From positions 8,736,339-8,800,338 of the forward strand of contig BFEA01000002.1 of NCBI GenBank assembly GCA_003427395.1: a DNA stretch of 64,000 nucleotides, read 5' to 3'. The stretch is from Chara braunii. Its lineage: Eukaryota; Plantae; Charophyceae. This document shows positions 52,789 through 64,000 of this stretch, piece by piece (the first letter of the stretch is position 1; each line of letters opens with the position of its first letter). The notes beneath the pieces were generated by a model. That model did not search any database, was not told where the DNA came from, and saw only the letters and a program-made list of their open reading frames with translations. Position numbers and translations under genes: made by a program.

Positions 52789-55729
52789 TGAAACGGTTTT
52801 CACCTTTCTGCAGTCACCGATGCGGGCCCTAGAGTTCAATCCCAGACCTCACTTTGCCCATGTACAATTTTGCGTCGACCCCCGAGTGTTTGAACCCGTG
52901 ACCTGTGTTTTGGTAGTTGTTTGTCGTCTGTCGTAGGTCTGTGTAGTGGTAGGGGTTCGATCTGTAGGTTTGTCGATTAGGAGTCACAACTATGTAGCAA
53001 GCACTAGATCATTGGAAGCACTACTTGCTTGGGAGGCACTTTAACGTCTATTCAAACCACGAGACACTAAGGTGGTTGAAGACGCAGGCCAAGATGACAC
53101 CTAAGCTTACTAGGTGGGCTGCTGAATTAGATCAGTATGACTTCGAACTTAAGCCAATAAAAGGGAAGTACAATGTAGTTGCGGATGCTCTAAGTAGGAG
53201 AGCTGATTACTTTGGGGCAATAGTTCACTATCTGGATACTGGGAGAGACCTGCAGCAGAAAGTTAGAGAGGCATATGCACATGACCCTATCTATAGTGAC
53301 CTCCTCAATCTGAACCAGACTACCGCACTACTGATGGCTTATTATTCGAGAAGACATGTAGCTGACCGCCTGTGCGTTCCCAACAGTGAAGAGATCCGCA
53401 GTTTGATCTTAGGGGAATCGCACGACACAGAGGGACACTTTGGGTGGCAAAAGACACTAGCCAACCTCATGCACGCGTATATCTGGCCTGGAATGAAGGC
53501 CGATTGCATAGAGTACGTGCGTCGTTGTAAAGTCCGTCAGAGAAACAAGACTACTACGCAAGCCCCTCTTGGTCTTCTCAGACCCTTGCCTATTCCTGAT
53601 AGACCCGGAGATTTTGTGTCCATTGACTTTATGGATACTCAAGTCAAGAGTAGGCATGGCAAAAGTCAAGTCATGGTTATAGTTGATAGATTTAGCAAGT
53701 ATGCAGTTTTTGTTCCTCTGCCTGCAGAGGCACGAACAGATTTAGTTGTTCAGAAGTTCTTTGATCATTGGGTCAATGAACATGGTATACCGCTGTCGAT
53801 AGTTACTGACAGAGACACCAGGTTCACTAGTCAGAACTCGCAGGAACTGGTGAAAGTCTATGACTCAAAGTTGCTGATGTTATCTGGCCATCATCCAGAG
53901 ACTAACGATCAGACTGAACAGATGAATAAGCTCCTGCAGCAAGTTCTTAGGATGTACATTAGGCCCGACCAGGTCAACTGGGATGAGATGCTCCCTAAGG
54001 TAGTCAGTGCATATAATAATAGCGTGCACTTATCTACGTGTCGCACTCCTAACGAACTGCACAAGTCTTTTAGACCGCAGAGAGCGTTCGAGGGACTTAA
54101 CCGGGATCAGATCCAAAGGCTACCGCCCGGTACACGAAAATTTGCGATACAGCACTAGAAAGAGATAGCTACCGTTGTAGACAACCTCAAGAAAGCCCAG
54201 CATAGAATGATAGAGCAAGCTAATAATCATCGTCGCCCCTCACAGTTTGAAGTAGGTGACTTAGTCTGGATCAAGTCAAAAGAGTTCGCTCCTGAGGAGA
54301 ACATCTCACAGAAATTACTGCCTGCGTATAGAGGACCGTGGCCAGTCTTAGAAGTCAAGGGCGGAGAGGATGAACCGTCCTATACTATTGAGATTCCAAC
54401 ACACCTCCACTCCTACCCAATGTTCCATGCATCAAAGTTATTGCCTTGCGTCACAAGTCAACAATTTCCATCACGTAGATCTATGATTCCTCCAGATATG
54501 GATGGAAGATATGACATTGAAGGGATAGTAGGTGAGGATGTCTTCAGGACAGGAGGTAGAGGTCCTCCCCAGAAACAGTACAAAGTCAGATTTGCCTATC
54601 AAGAGCCAGAAGACGACTGCTGGTTCACGCGAACAGAACTTCTAGAGACAGCTGCCGATATAATCTGAGCCTGCGAAAGAGATAAGAAGGGTAAAGGTCC
54701 TGCCTTAGACTGAGGTATTCTCGGAGGACCTCGGATTTAGGCCGGCGGGAGTGAAACGGTTTTCACCTTTCCGCAGTCACAGATGCGGGCCCTAGAGTTC
54801 GATCCCCAGACCTCACTTTGCCCATGTACAGTATCGAGTCGACCCCCGAGTGTTTGAACCCGTGACCTATGTTTCGGTAGTTGTTTGTCGTCTGTCTTAG
54901 GTCTGTGTAGTGGTAGGGGTTTGATCTGTAGGTTTGTCGATTAGCAGTCACAACTCTATAGAGGCCGTAGCTGTAGGTATTTTGAAAGGTCAAGGTCGTA
55001 GCTGCTACAGTCCTGAAAGGTCAAGGTCGTAGCTGCTAAAATACTCGAAAGGCCAAGTCCCCAGACTTCCGGAAGGTCCGGAACTAGCCTTTCGAAGTTG
55101 CCTCACGTTTCTACGTTACGTCGGCAGTGCGACTGCATCGAGTTGGCAGTGCAAACCCATGCAGTCAGCGGTACCCGTCCAGCCAGTCCCGGTCCAGTCA
55201 AGCAAGTACCATGAGGGACTGTGTGCACCACGGGCCCGGTGGAAAGGGGCAGACCAACGAGTTACAAAAGTATAAATCAAGAGGCAGCGCCCAACCATTC
55301 ATTGAGTAGCTGCGTAAGCCATGCGGAAGCGCTGCCCCAACGTCTTGTGCGAGGTGGTCTGTAGAGCGCCCGAAGTTGAAATGGGCTGGAAGAAGATAGC
55401 ATAGCCATAGTAGTAGTAGCGAGCGGCCATAGCCGCCATAGGTTAGAGATAGAGGTTAGCGTGTGTGTGTGCCTACGTGAGACAGAGAACGCGTGCGCGG
55501 AGTTTTCAGGGTGATCTGGAGTGGAGTACGTGCGAACAGTGGTGTTGGACACAGTGACGAGAGTTGGGTGTACGGGCGTTGTTGTGCCATAGCTGGATGA
55601 AGCGAGTTTGCATCTGAACTGTGTTCTTGGTTTCCATATCTTTGAGCTTTGAGTGGGCGCTTGGCGCCAGTGTGAATTGCTATCTATTTGCATGTATGCG
55701 AAGTAAAGAAGAAAGCGAGTCTGATTGCA
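52789..55729 (+). mobile_element. Chromoviral Gypsy deletion derivative: first ~200 bp of 5' LTR fused to RNase H end, integrase-chromodomain, PPT and full 3' LTR (54752-55729)
   Basis: TGAAACGGTTTTCACC at 52789 and 54752; ends ctgattgCA; 4-bp TSD gatt (52785-52788 / 55730-55733); ORFs 53025-54158 and 54207-54668. Confidence 0.9.
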
Positions 55730-55765
<36 letters not shown>

Positions 55766-55985
55766 AATCAGTTAGTTGATCAATCAATCAATTAAATCGT
55801 TGTTCAATGGATTGATTAATTGATTGATCGATTGCTTGATTGATCGATCAGCGATAGATCAATAGTCAATCATTCGTCAATCGATTGATTGATTGTTTGA
55901 TCTTCAAAAAAAAAAAAAAAAAAAAAGTGTGTGTGTGCACACACACACAATCAATCAATCAATCACAAAAGTTGTGATTGATTGA
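55730..55985. repeat. Degenerate (GATT)n/(AATC)n tract with poly(A) and (GT)(CA) runs
   Basis: Direct reading. Confidence 0.85.
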
Positions 55986-57059
55986 TAACAAACGAACCAG
56001 GAAAAAAAGAGAAAAAAACACTTTGAGAAACCAAACGAGAAAATGGGAGAGGGGGATCTAGCATTACTTGACCCCCCCCCTCCTTCTTTGATTTTTAGTT
56101 TTTTTTTTNCGTTCACCAGAATAATCTGAAAATTTTTAGGGAGATAGTACAGGAGGAGGGGAACTTGCAAGGGGGGGGGGGGGGGGGGGGGGGGAGAGAA
56201 TTGGCCCCCAAACCGGGTTCGACGAGTCCTAAACCCGGGGCCCTCCATAGGCCGGCATTCGGGCCGGAACCCCGGAAGGTCCGACTCCCCCCGAATGTTC
56301 GAGTGGGTAACACTGTTTTCAATTATAGACGGGTCCAGTGCCCAAGGCAATACATCAATGTACCACATTTGTACCAATTAGCAATGGTCAAAAGGCCTCA
56401 ACACTCAACCTCATGCTAACCTATGCCTCTGTAGCAAATAAAAGAAAATAAAGAAACAAACACCCTGAATACTTTACTCGTACTACGGCAAAAGGAAGTG
56501 AGACGGCCCGCCCAGGTCTACCAAGGCTACTCGTACTACGACAAAAGGAAGTGAGACGGCCCGCCCAGGTCTACCAAGGCAAAAGCCTCCCCTATTCAAA
56601 GGCACAAAACACGAACAAACCAGTAAAGAATTCGAAAAGGAAACTGAAAGACCTAGCGAAGAAAAGAGTGTAGTCTACCACCCAAGGAGTCTGAATATGT
56701 CCTTGTAGTAAATGAAGAAATCCAAAAGGAGGTGAAATGTCTCGAATGAGGCAAAAACCTCCCCTATTCGAAGCCACAAAACATGAACAAACCAGGGAAG
56801 AATTTGAAAAAGAAAACGAAAGACGTGACTAAGAAGACAGTATACTCTACCACCCGAGGAGTCTGAATATACCAACAGCCTAACCTTGAGGCTCTATCTA
56901 ATGCTGATTCCAAGGTTGAAACTTTAGAAGTTTTTTTATGTAGAGCCTAGGGAGAAGTTGGAAGAAGCTGTGACTTGCATTACGATGTGAGCATTGGGCC
57001 AAGTTGACACAAGGACGTGCTCAAGGTGTTGTGAAGTTGATCTTCTTTAAGCTTCTCAA

Positions 57060-58260
57060 TGGCCGCACTTACATCCGCGCTTTGATTGATTATGGTTTTA
57101 CTACTAACTTCTTGTCGCGCGGGATTTGCAATGCGGGACTGGGAATGAAGCAAGTGGAACTGCGGAACCCTTACAATACCTAGGCCAGCACATCCACGCA
57201 TTCCGTCAAAGGTGTGTGCACTACCTTTGATGCTGAAGTGCCATCACACACACATTGAACTTCTGTGTGCTCAAAGAGTGTCCCTTTGAAGCAGTCATGG
57301 GGCTTGAGTTGGCTTCAGGCCCAATGTCAATGGATCATTTGGAAGGAGCCATGCTTTGTTCGGGGATCGAGCGTTCAGTCCTCTTGGACGAAACGCAAGA
57401 GTCCCCTGTGTCTCTTCTTAATGCTATGCAGTTCAGCAGAAATGGCGCAACCGTGAGAAGGATGACCAAATGTAGATAGCGTTTGTCAAGCCTACTTACA
57501 TGCCTTCTACTTTCGCAGCATTTAATAGTTTTACTTCTACTTCATCCGCTTCTGATGCTTCTCCATCAATTTCCATGCCAACTGCACCTTCTTTAGATCC
57601 CGTTGTTTTGGCTGCAAATTCGCAGCCTGATTTTCCTTCTCTTTGGCGCTGATATTCACAGCCTTCTAGATTGATTTCCGGATGTCTTGGCCGAACCACA
57701 GGGTGTTGCCATGCGTTTGGTCAAGCACAAAATCAAGCTACTTGAAGGTAACTTTCCTCCCAAACGTTGTGTCTACCGTATGGGACCAGCCAAACGGAAA
57801 GAACTCCAGAAACAGCTCATGAAATGATTGACCGAGGTTGAATCAGACCTAGTGAGTTTGAATTTGGTGTTCTGTTTGATCTGTGCGATGCTGCAAGGGG
57901 GTGCAAGGTCTTCTCCAAGATGGATCTCAAATCTGGCTACCACCAGATTGAAGTCGGTCCGGCAGACCAGCACAAAACTGCATTCATTACGCGCGATGGG
58001 CCATACGAGTTCATCGTCATGCCCTTTGGTCTCATGAATGCACCAACCACTTTCCACTTTCCAAAGTCTCATGGACAAAGTTTCTAGAAATCAGATTAAC
58101 AGATTTGTGAGTGCCTACCTAGATGATATTCTGATTTTCAGCAAGTCTATAGACAAGCAAATGAATCACCCAGAGGAAGTTTTTGGCATCCTCAAGGAAG
58201 CACAATTGCATCTCAACTTGGAAAACTCTGAGTTTGGGAGAGACAATGTCATCGACACCC
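57060..58260 (+). mobile_element. Degenerate Gypsy protease-RT remnant
   Basis: ALIDYG protease-like motif at ~57080; DLKSGYHQ, FIVMPFGL, AYLDDILIFS. Confidence 0.8.
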
Positions 58261-58269
58261 TTTCATCTC

Positions 58270-58357
58270 AACTGCCCGGTAAACCGTCGGTAGAGAGGGA
58301 GAAGAGGACAACGAACGCAGGGCTGTGACAAACTGTTTCGTCGGAGTTTCACCGACT
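58270..58357 (-). mobile_element. Fragment of the hammerhead-like repeat (3' half of the motif plus element end)
   Basis: Minus strand agtcggtgaaactccgacgaaacagtttgtcacagcc...ggtttaccgggcagtt. Confidence 0.75.
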
Positions 58358-61294
58358 ATATAGTCAATTAAAAAAATGGAGGTTAAAAAGCAACATATCT
58401 AACACAAAAGGCTCCACCAGCAAGAAGCACTGACCACTGAGTTGGTCCACAAAGCCACAAATTTAATTGCACAAATACAAGAACATTGACACTGCTATTC
58501 ATCCAAACAACACACCCACGTCACCACCATCTCTATCACTCCTTTCACTTTGTTGTCTAGCCCTTGGAGTGTATAGAGTGCCATAATCCCAAATTCCACG
58601 CGACACCAAGAGTGCTACTGCATAAAACACCCTAGAAGCTACCCCATTTCTTCCATGTGCTCCTTGAATGACACCCACAACAAACACTCCCTGAGCCTCA
58701 TCGCGAAGATGTTGTGGCCAAAACTCCAAACAAACATTCCCACCCCGAAAAAGAATGGTGGCCACCCACAAACATTCCTTCATCGAAAAGACATCCCATG
58801 TTCTAAAGCACGACAAAGAATTAGGTCAGGTATAACAAACAAAACATATCGAACCACAAAAAAAGAATAGCTGGCTAGTACGAACCCGATCCTAACCACT
58901 TCAATCTGCCAGGACAGAAAGCTAGCAAGACCGGAATGTGCGTTTTTTTTTAAATCCCAAATTATTTCTCTCATGCCATCCATGATACATCATAAACTAC
59001 ATGTGTCAAGCCACACACATGCATGTGATCACATCAGCTAATAAGGCAATCGTTGTGAGCAAACGGTCTTAAAAAACAAAAAACGAAGAAAAATAATGAA
59101 AAGGGACAGAGGTAACATAAAGCGTAAAAACATAAGAGCAAGGAAGAAGTTTGAACAAGGTATAACCGGAATTGCAATCAGTGCGTCAGAAAGTTGAAAT
59201 ATGGGTGGGATATTGCCAAAGAAAAGTACCGAGAGAGTGGGGAAAGGGGGGAGGGGCCAAAGACAGAGTCAGAGCCCAATGCAAAGAGGTAGAGAGCAAA
59301 GCATAACAAAGCACGATGCACAAAGGGAAAGGAGAGAAGTAGAGACACTAGTGTGGAGCTCTTGATCTCTCTCCCTCTGCCCACTATGCCTCCCTTACAT
59401 CCCGACTCTCGCTCTTTTGTTCACAACCTTTCCTTCCCCTTCCCTTTCTTTTTCTCTCTAAAAGGAAAGCCTCTCTTTGTCCACTCGTTGTTCACCTATA
59501 TGAAAATACATACCTACCTAACTATTGTTGCTAGACACACAACGATAGTTAGGCAGGTACGCATGGAGAGAGAAAGCGTTCCACACACGCCAGAAAAGGG
59601 TATTGATGCAATTCAAAGTAGTGGGTCTGAAATCTCCAACAGCATGTCAATACTGGAAGTCTGGAACCAAAAAATTGAGGATATGTTGGAGGGTAGAGAA
59701 AAGAACAATGGTCGATTGTTTGGAAAACAATCAAGCCGAACCTCATATATCAAATAACTGGGAGAGACAGTGGTGGTTTAAAGATATCAAACCGAAGTTC
59801 TTATACAAAATATGGAAGCATCACGCTCCCACAAAACTGCGAAGATTGTCGAGAAAGCAAGCCTTTGATATTACAAACAGTGAGGATTCTGAAGAATGAA
59901 ATGCATGAGCATGTTGAAATGAACAATGTTTGGAACTTTGTAGCACAGTGCAAGAGAAATTGCATGGACCGCTGACAACAAATTGTCCGGATGCAGAGGG
60001 TGTGTACAGTCAGGAACGGAGGGACAGTCCTCTACACACATGCATGCAGTAACCATGTCATTGTCGTGATTGTGACAAAGACGTTGGCAGCTACAATCGA
60101 GTGCAACAGCATTTGTAGTGGTGCAAAGGAGAAGGTCGCAGAGTGTTGGTACATTGTCCTGCTACGGCATGGGGCCAGAGGAATGTGCTTCAACATAAAA
60201 GAGATTGTGGATGGTTTGGCATGGCAAGAAAACAGCATCATCATGTAGGAAATCGGTAACATCAATCATGGCATGGACCATGATGCGGTTGTCTCACAGA
60301 CCCCAGTGATCAGAGGCATACACAATGGCCATGCAATGGCCAGGTCTGTCTACAGTGCAGGCAGATATGTGGGATGGGAGGATTGAACCACTCGCCTGCT
60401 TGAGCATTATGTAGCTCAAGTAGGCGGTTCCTAATTGGTACTTGTAGGAAAGCAGTGGAAATCCTCTTTTCCCGGTATAATTACAATCCTCATGCTCTAG
60501 GCGGGGAAGATCAGCATCAAGCTGAAGGGCAATTGCAAGGAAGTCTGACGCTGTAATAAACGGGTGTTGGAGAATTTGAAGACAGATATTAGTTGCGGTC
60601 ATACCATAGAGATTGGCAGGGATCTCAGGCTGGTGTGCTGGATGCTGGCCAACAATTTGCAGATCACCCAGATGGTATTGAAAGGCCAAAATGTCTCGGG
60701 ATGTTTGCTGGTCAGTCATTTGTGGATCACCCATGTGGTCTGCGCGTGGTGGGGCACAAATTTGCAGTTCATCCAAACAATGCTGGTCAGCCATTTGAAG
60801 ATCCCCCATGTGGTCTACGTTTTGTGGTGTTAACCGCAATGCAGGCAAATCATGTTCCAATCCCTCGAGGTTTGGGGCTGCATCCTGCGTAGGGACTGTC
60901 CCTGGAATCGGAAGTGTACCCAGGGCGTGGACCAAATCCTGTTCTACAGGTGACTTGTGAATATCCTGTGCTGAAGGGCATAAAACATGGTCCCGATACT
61001 GTTTATATATGGCGATATATATCTTTGGGACCATGTCCGGAGCTGGATCTGTCTGAAGGTCCAGTACATGACCAGTTATCTGCACATGCGGACCAATTCC
61101 TGGCCAAGTCCAGTTTCTGGTTGGGATCGTTCCAGCATTCAGGCCCACGGTCGCCACGGTAAAAACAGTTTCATCCATCAGTCATTTGAAAGGAAACAGT
61201 ACCAGTCATATCACCTAATCCCCGATTGTAACAAGGGCTTCAGCCTCCAGCGAAACAGTGCCAGTATACAAGGAGACACCCGAGAAGTTTACCC

Positions 61295-64000
61295 TGCAAT
61301 CAGACTCGCTATCTTTCTCACTCCACATGCATACAAACAGATGATGAGTATTCTGGCGCCAGACGCCCACACAAAGCTAAGAGAAATACAAGTCGAGAAC
61401 ACAGGTTCGGTACAAACTCGCTTCAGGTTATCTATGGCGACCAAGCGCCCAACTCTCTCTTACAGCCAACCCGTACTCCCACTGCTTACACAAGCACGCT
61501 CACACCTCACAGGCGATCTCCCTGGATATTCCACGCGCATGCACTCTCTTCACTTTCTATCGCAGCTATGGCTGCCGCCTACGCACCACTACAAGCGGCT
61601 ATGTCTGCTCTATCTTGCCAACTGCCCACTTCAACTTCGGGCTTCGTGCAGACCACCTAGCACAAGGCGCACTGGCAGCGCTTCCGCAAGGATCACCACA
61701 GAATGAATGAATTGCTGGACGCTGCCTTTATACTTCTGTTGGCCGCTGGTCTGCCTCTTTCCACCAGGCCCTTGGTGCACACAGCTCCACACGGTACTTG
61801 CTTGACTGGACTGAGTATGGCTGGGACCGGTACCGCTGACTGCACGGGGTTGCACTGCCGACTCGATGCAGTTGGACTTACGACTTGCCTACAGACCTCT
61901 AGCCTAGCAGTTTTGACCTCTACACAGCGGTAACCCCTACTTGACAGATATACAGATCGAATCCCTACAGCTACAGGGACCTACAACAAAGAACAGTTGC
62001 TACTAAAACACAGGTCGCGGGCTCAAACACACAGGGGTCTACTCGATACTGTACACGGATGCAGATAAGGTCTAGGGATTGAAGCCTGGGATCTGCATCT
62101 GCTTCTGCAAAGGTGAAAACCGTTTCACTCCCGCCGGCCTAAATTCGAGGTCCTCCGATAATACTTCAGTGTAAGGCCGGACCTTTATCCTTCTTATCTC
62201 TCTCATAGGCTCAGACTAATTGGGAGCTGTCTCTAGAAGTTCTGCTTTGGTGAACCAGCGGTCATCTTCAGGTTCTTGATAAGAGAATCTGACTTTGTAC
62301 TGCTTCTGTGGATGACCTCTACCTCCTGTTCTGAAGACATCTTCACCTACTATGCCATCAATGGCGTACCTTCCATCCATATCCGGAGGAATCATAGACC
62401 TTCGTGATGGAAACTGTTGACTCGTAGTACAAGGCAACAACTTTGATGCATGGAAAACTGGGTAGGTGTGGAGGTGTGCTGGAATCTCTATCGTGTCCAA
62501 TGGTCCATCCTCTCCGCCCTTGACTTCTAGGACTGGCCAGGGTCCTCTATAAGCAGGTAGCAGTTTCTGCGAGATGTTCTCCTCGCGAGCGAACTCTTTT
62601 GACTTGACCCAGACTAAGTCGCCTACTTGGAACTGTGAAGGGCGACGGTGTTTGTTGGCTTGTTCTATCATCCTGTGCTGGGCCTTCCTGAGGTTCTCAA
62701 CTACTGTAGCACTTTCTTTTTCGTGTTGTATCGCAAATTCCCTTATGTAGACTCTAAATCTGATCCCGGTTAAGTCCTTCAAACGGTCTGCGTGGTTTAA
62801 AAGACTTATTTAGCTCGTTGGGAGTGTGACAAGTGGCTAAATGCACGCTATTGTTGTAAGCACTAGCCACCTTTGGGAGCATCTCATCCCAGTTAAGTTG
62901 GTCGGGCCTAATGTACATTCTCAGAACTTGCTGCAGGACTTTGCTCATCTGCTCAGTCTCACCGTTGGTCTCTGGATGGCGGCCAGATGCCATTAACAAC
63001 TTAGATCCGTAGACTTTCATTAATTCCTGCCAGTTCTGACTAGTGAACCGGGTGTCCCTGGCACTAACTATAGACAACGGTAGCCCATGTTCATTGACCC
63101 AATGGTCGAAAAACTTCTGTATTACTAATTTTGTGCGTGCCTCAGCGGGCAAAGGGACAAAAAGTGCATACTTGCTAAACCTATCTACTACAACCATGAC
63201 TTGGCTCTTGCCATGTCTACTCTTGACACCAGTATCCATGAAATCTATAGACACTGAATCTCCAGGTCCTTCGGGGATAGGCAAGGGTTTGAGAAGGCCG
63301 AGAGGGGCTTGCGTAGTAGTCTTATTCCTTTGACAGACTTTGCAACTGCGTACGTATTCTATGCAGTCGGCCTTCATACCAGGCCAGGTATACGTGCGCA
63401 TGAGGTTGGCTAATGTCTTTTACCAACCGAAATGTCCCTCTGTATCATGGCATTCCCCTATGATCAAACTTCGGATCTCTTCATTGGGAACGCATAGGCA
63501 GTCAACAACATTAGTCTTCTCAAATAACAAGCCGTCTGTAATGCGGTGATCTGGTTCTGATTCTGGTGCCTCCTTAACTCTCTTCAGGAGGTCGCTATAG
63601 AGTGGGTCCTGTGCATACGCTTCTTTGACTCTCTAGGTCTCTCCCTGTATCCAAATAGTGCACTATCGCTCCAAAGTAGTCCGATCTCCTACTTAGGGTG
63701 TCCGCAACTACATTGTATTTTCCCTTGACTGGCTTGAGCTCAAATTCATACTGATTTATCTCTTCGGCCCACCTAGTTAGCTTTGGTGTCATCTTGGCCT
63801 GCGTTTTCAGCCACCTTAGCGTCTTGTGGTTTGAATACACTTTGAAGTACCTCCCAAGCAAGTAGTGCTTCCAATGTTCTAACGCTTGCCTGAGAGCGTA
63901 GGGTTCCCTCTCGTAGGTGGATGTTGCTACCTTTTCTGAAGGCATTCTAGCAGACATGAACTCTATGGGTCTGTATCCATTACCATCGTATTGCTATAGA
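61295..64000 (-). mobile_element. Chromoviral Gypsy element, third copy: 3' LTR 61295-62127, integrase-chromodomain and RNase H, running off the window
   Basis: LTR termini as in the other copies; ORFs 62216-62782, 62754-63401 and 63595-63957 with frameshifts. Confidence 0.9.

Noticed and set aside
59768-59782. tggtggtttaa MITE-like end
   Set aside because: No partner TIR; lies in LINE-like coding remnant, probably chance

Overview
Repeat-dominated eukaryotic nuclear DNA from a green plant lineage, with four N-gaps and no recognisable intact host gene. The plant-type U6, a plastid rps14 fragment, chromoviral Ty3/Gypsy elements and abundant (AG)n/(AC)n/(CG)n runs are compatible with a streptophyte alga such as Chara (inference only). 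Contents: three copies of one chromodomain-integrase Gypsy family (LTR TGAAAC...GATTGCA, 4-bp TSDs), several older Gypsy and L1/Tx1-like LINE remnants, two tRNA-headed SINE-like insertions with TSDs, a TTAA-flanked MITE family, a TA-flanked hairpin MITE and many tandem repeats. Most notable: (i) three dispersed U6 snRNA copies, one a full-length retrocopy with A-rich tail and 16-bp TSD; (ii) a dispersed repeat whose consensus is a type I hammerhead-ribozyme-like motif, in one place inside a Penelope-like ~240-bp inverted repeat; (iii) a ~290-bp insertion flanked by 15-bp direct repeats that fuses the end of that repeat to a plastid rps14 fragment. All calls were read by eye; no database search or folding was run.
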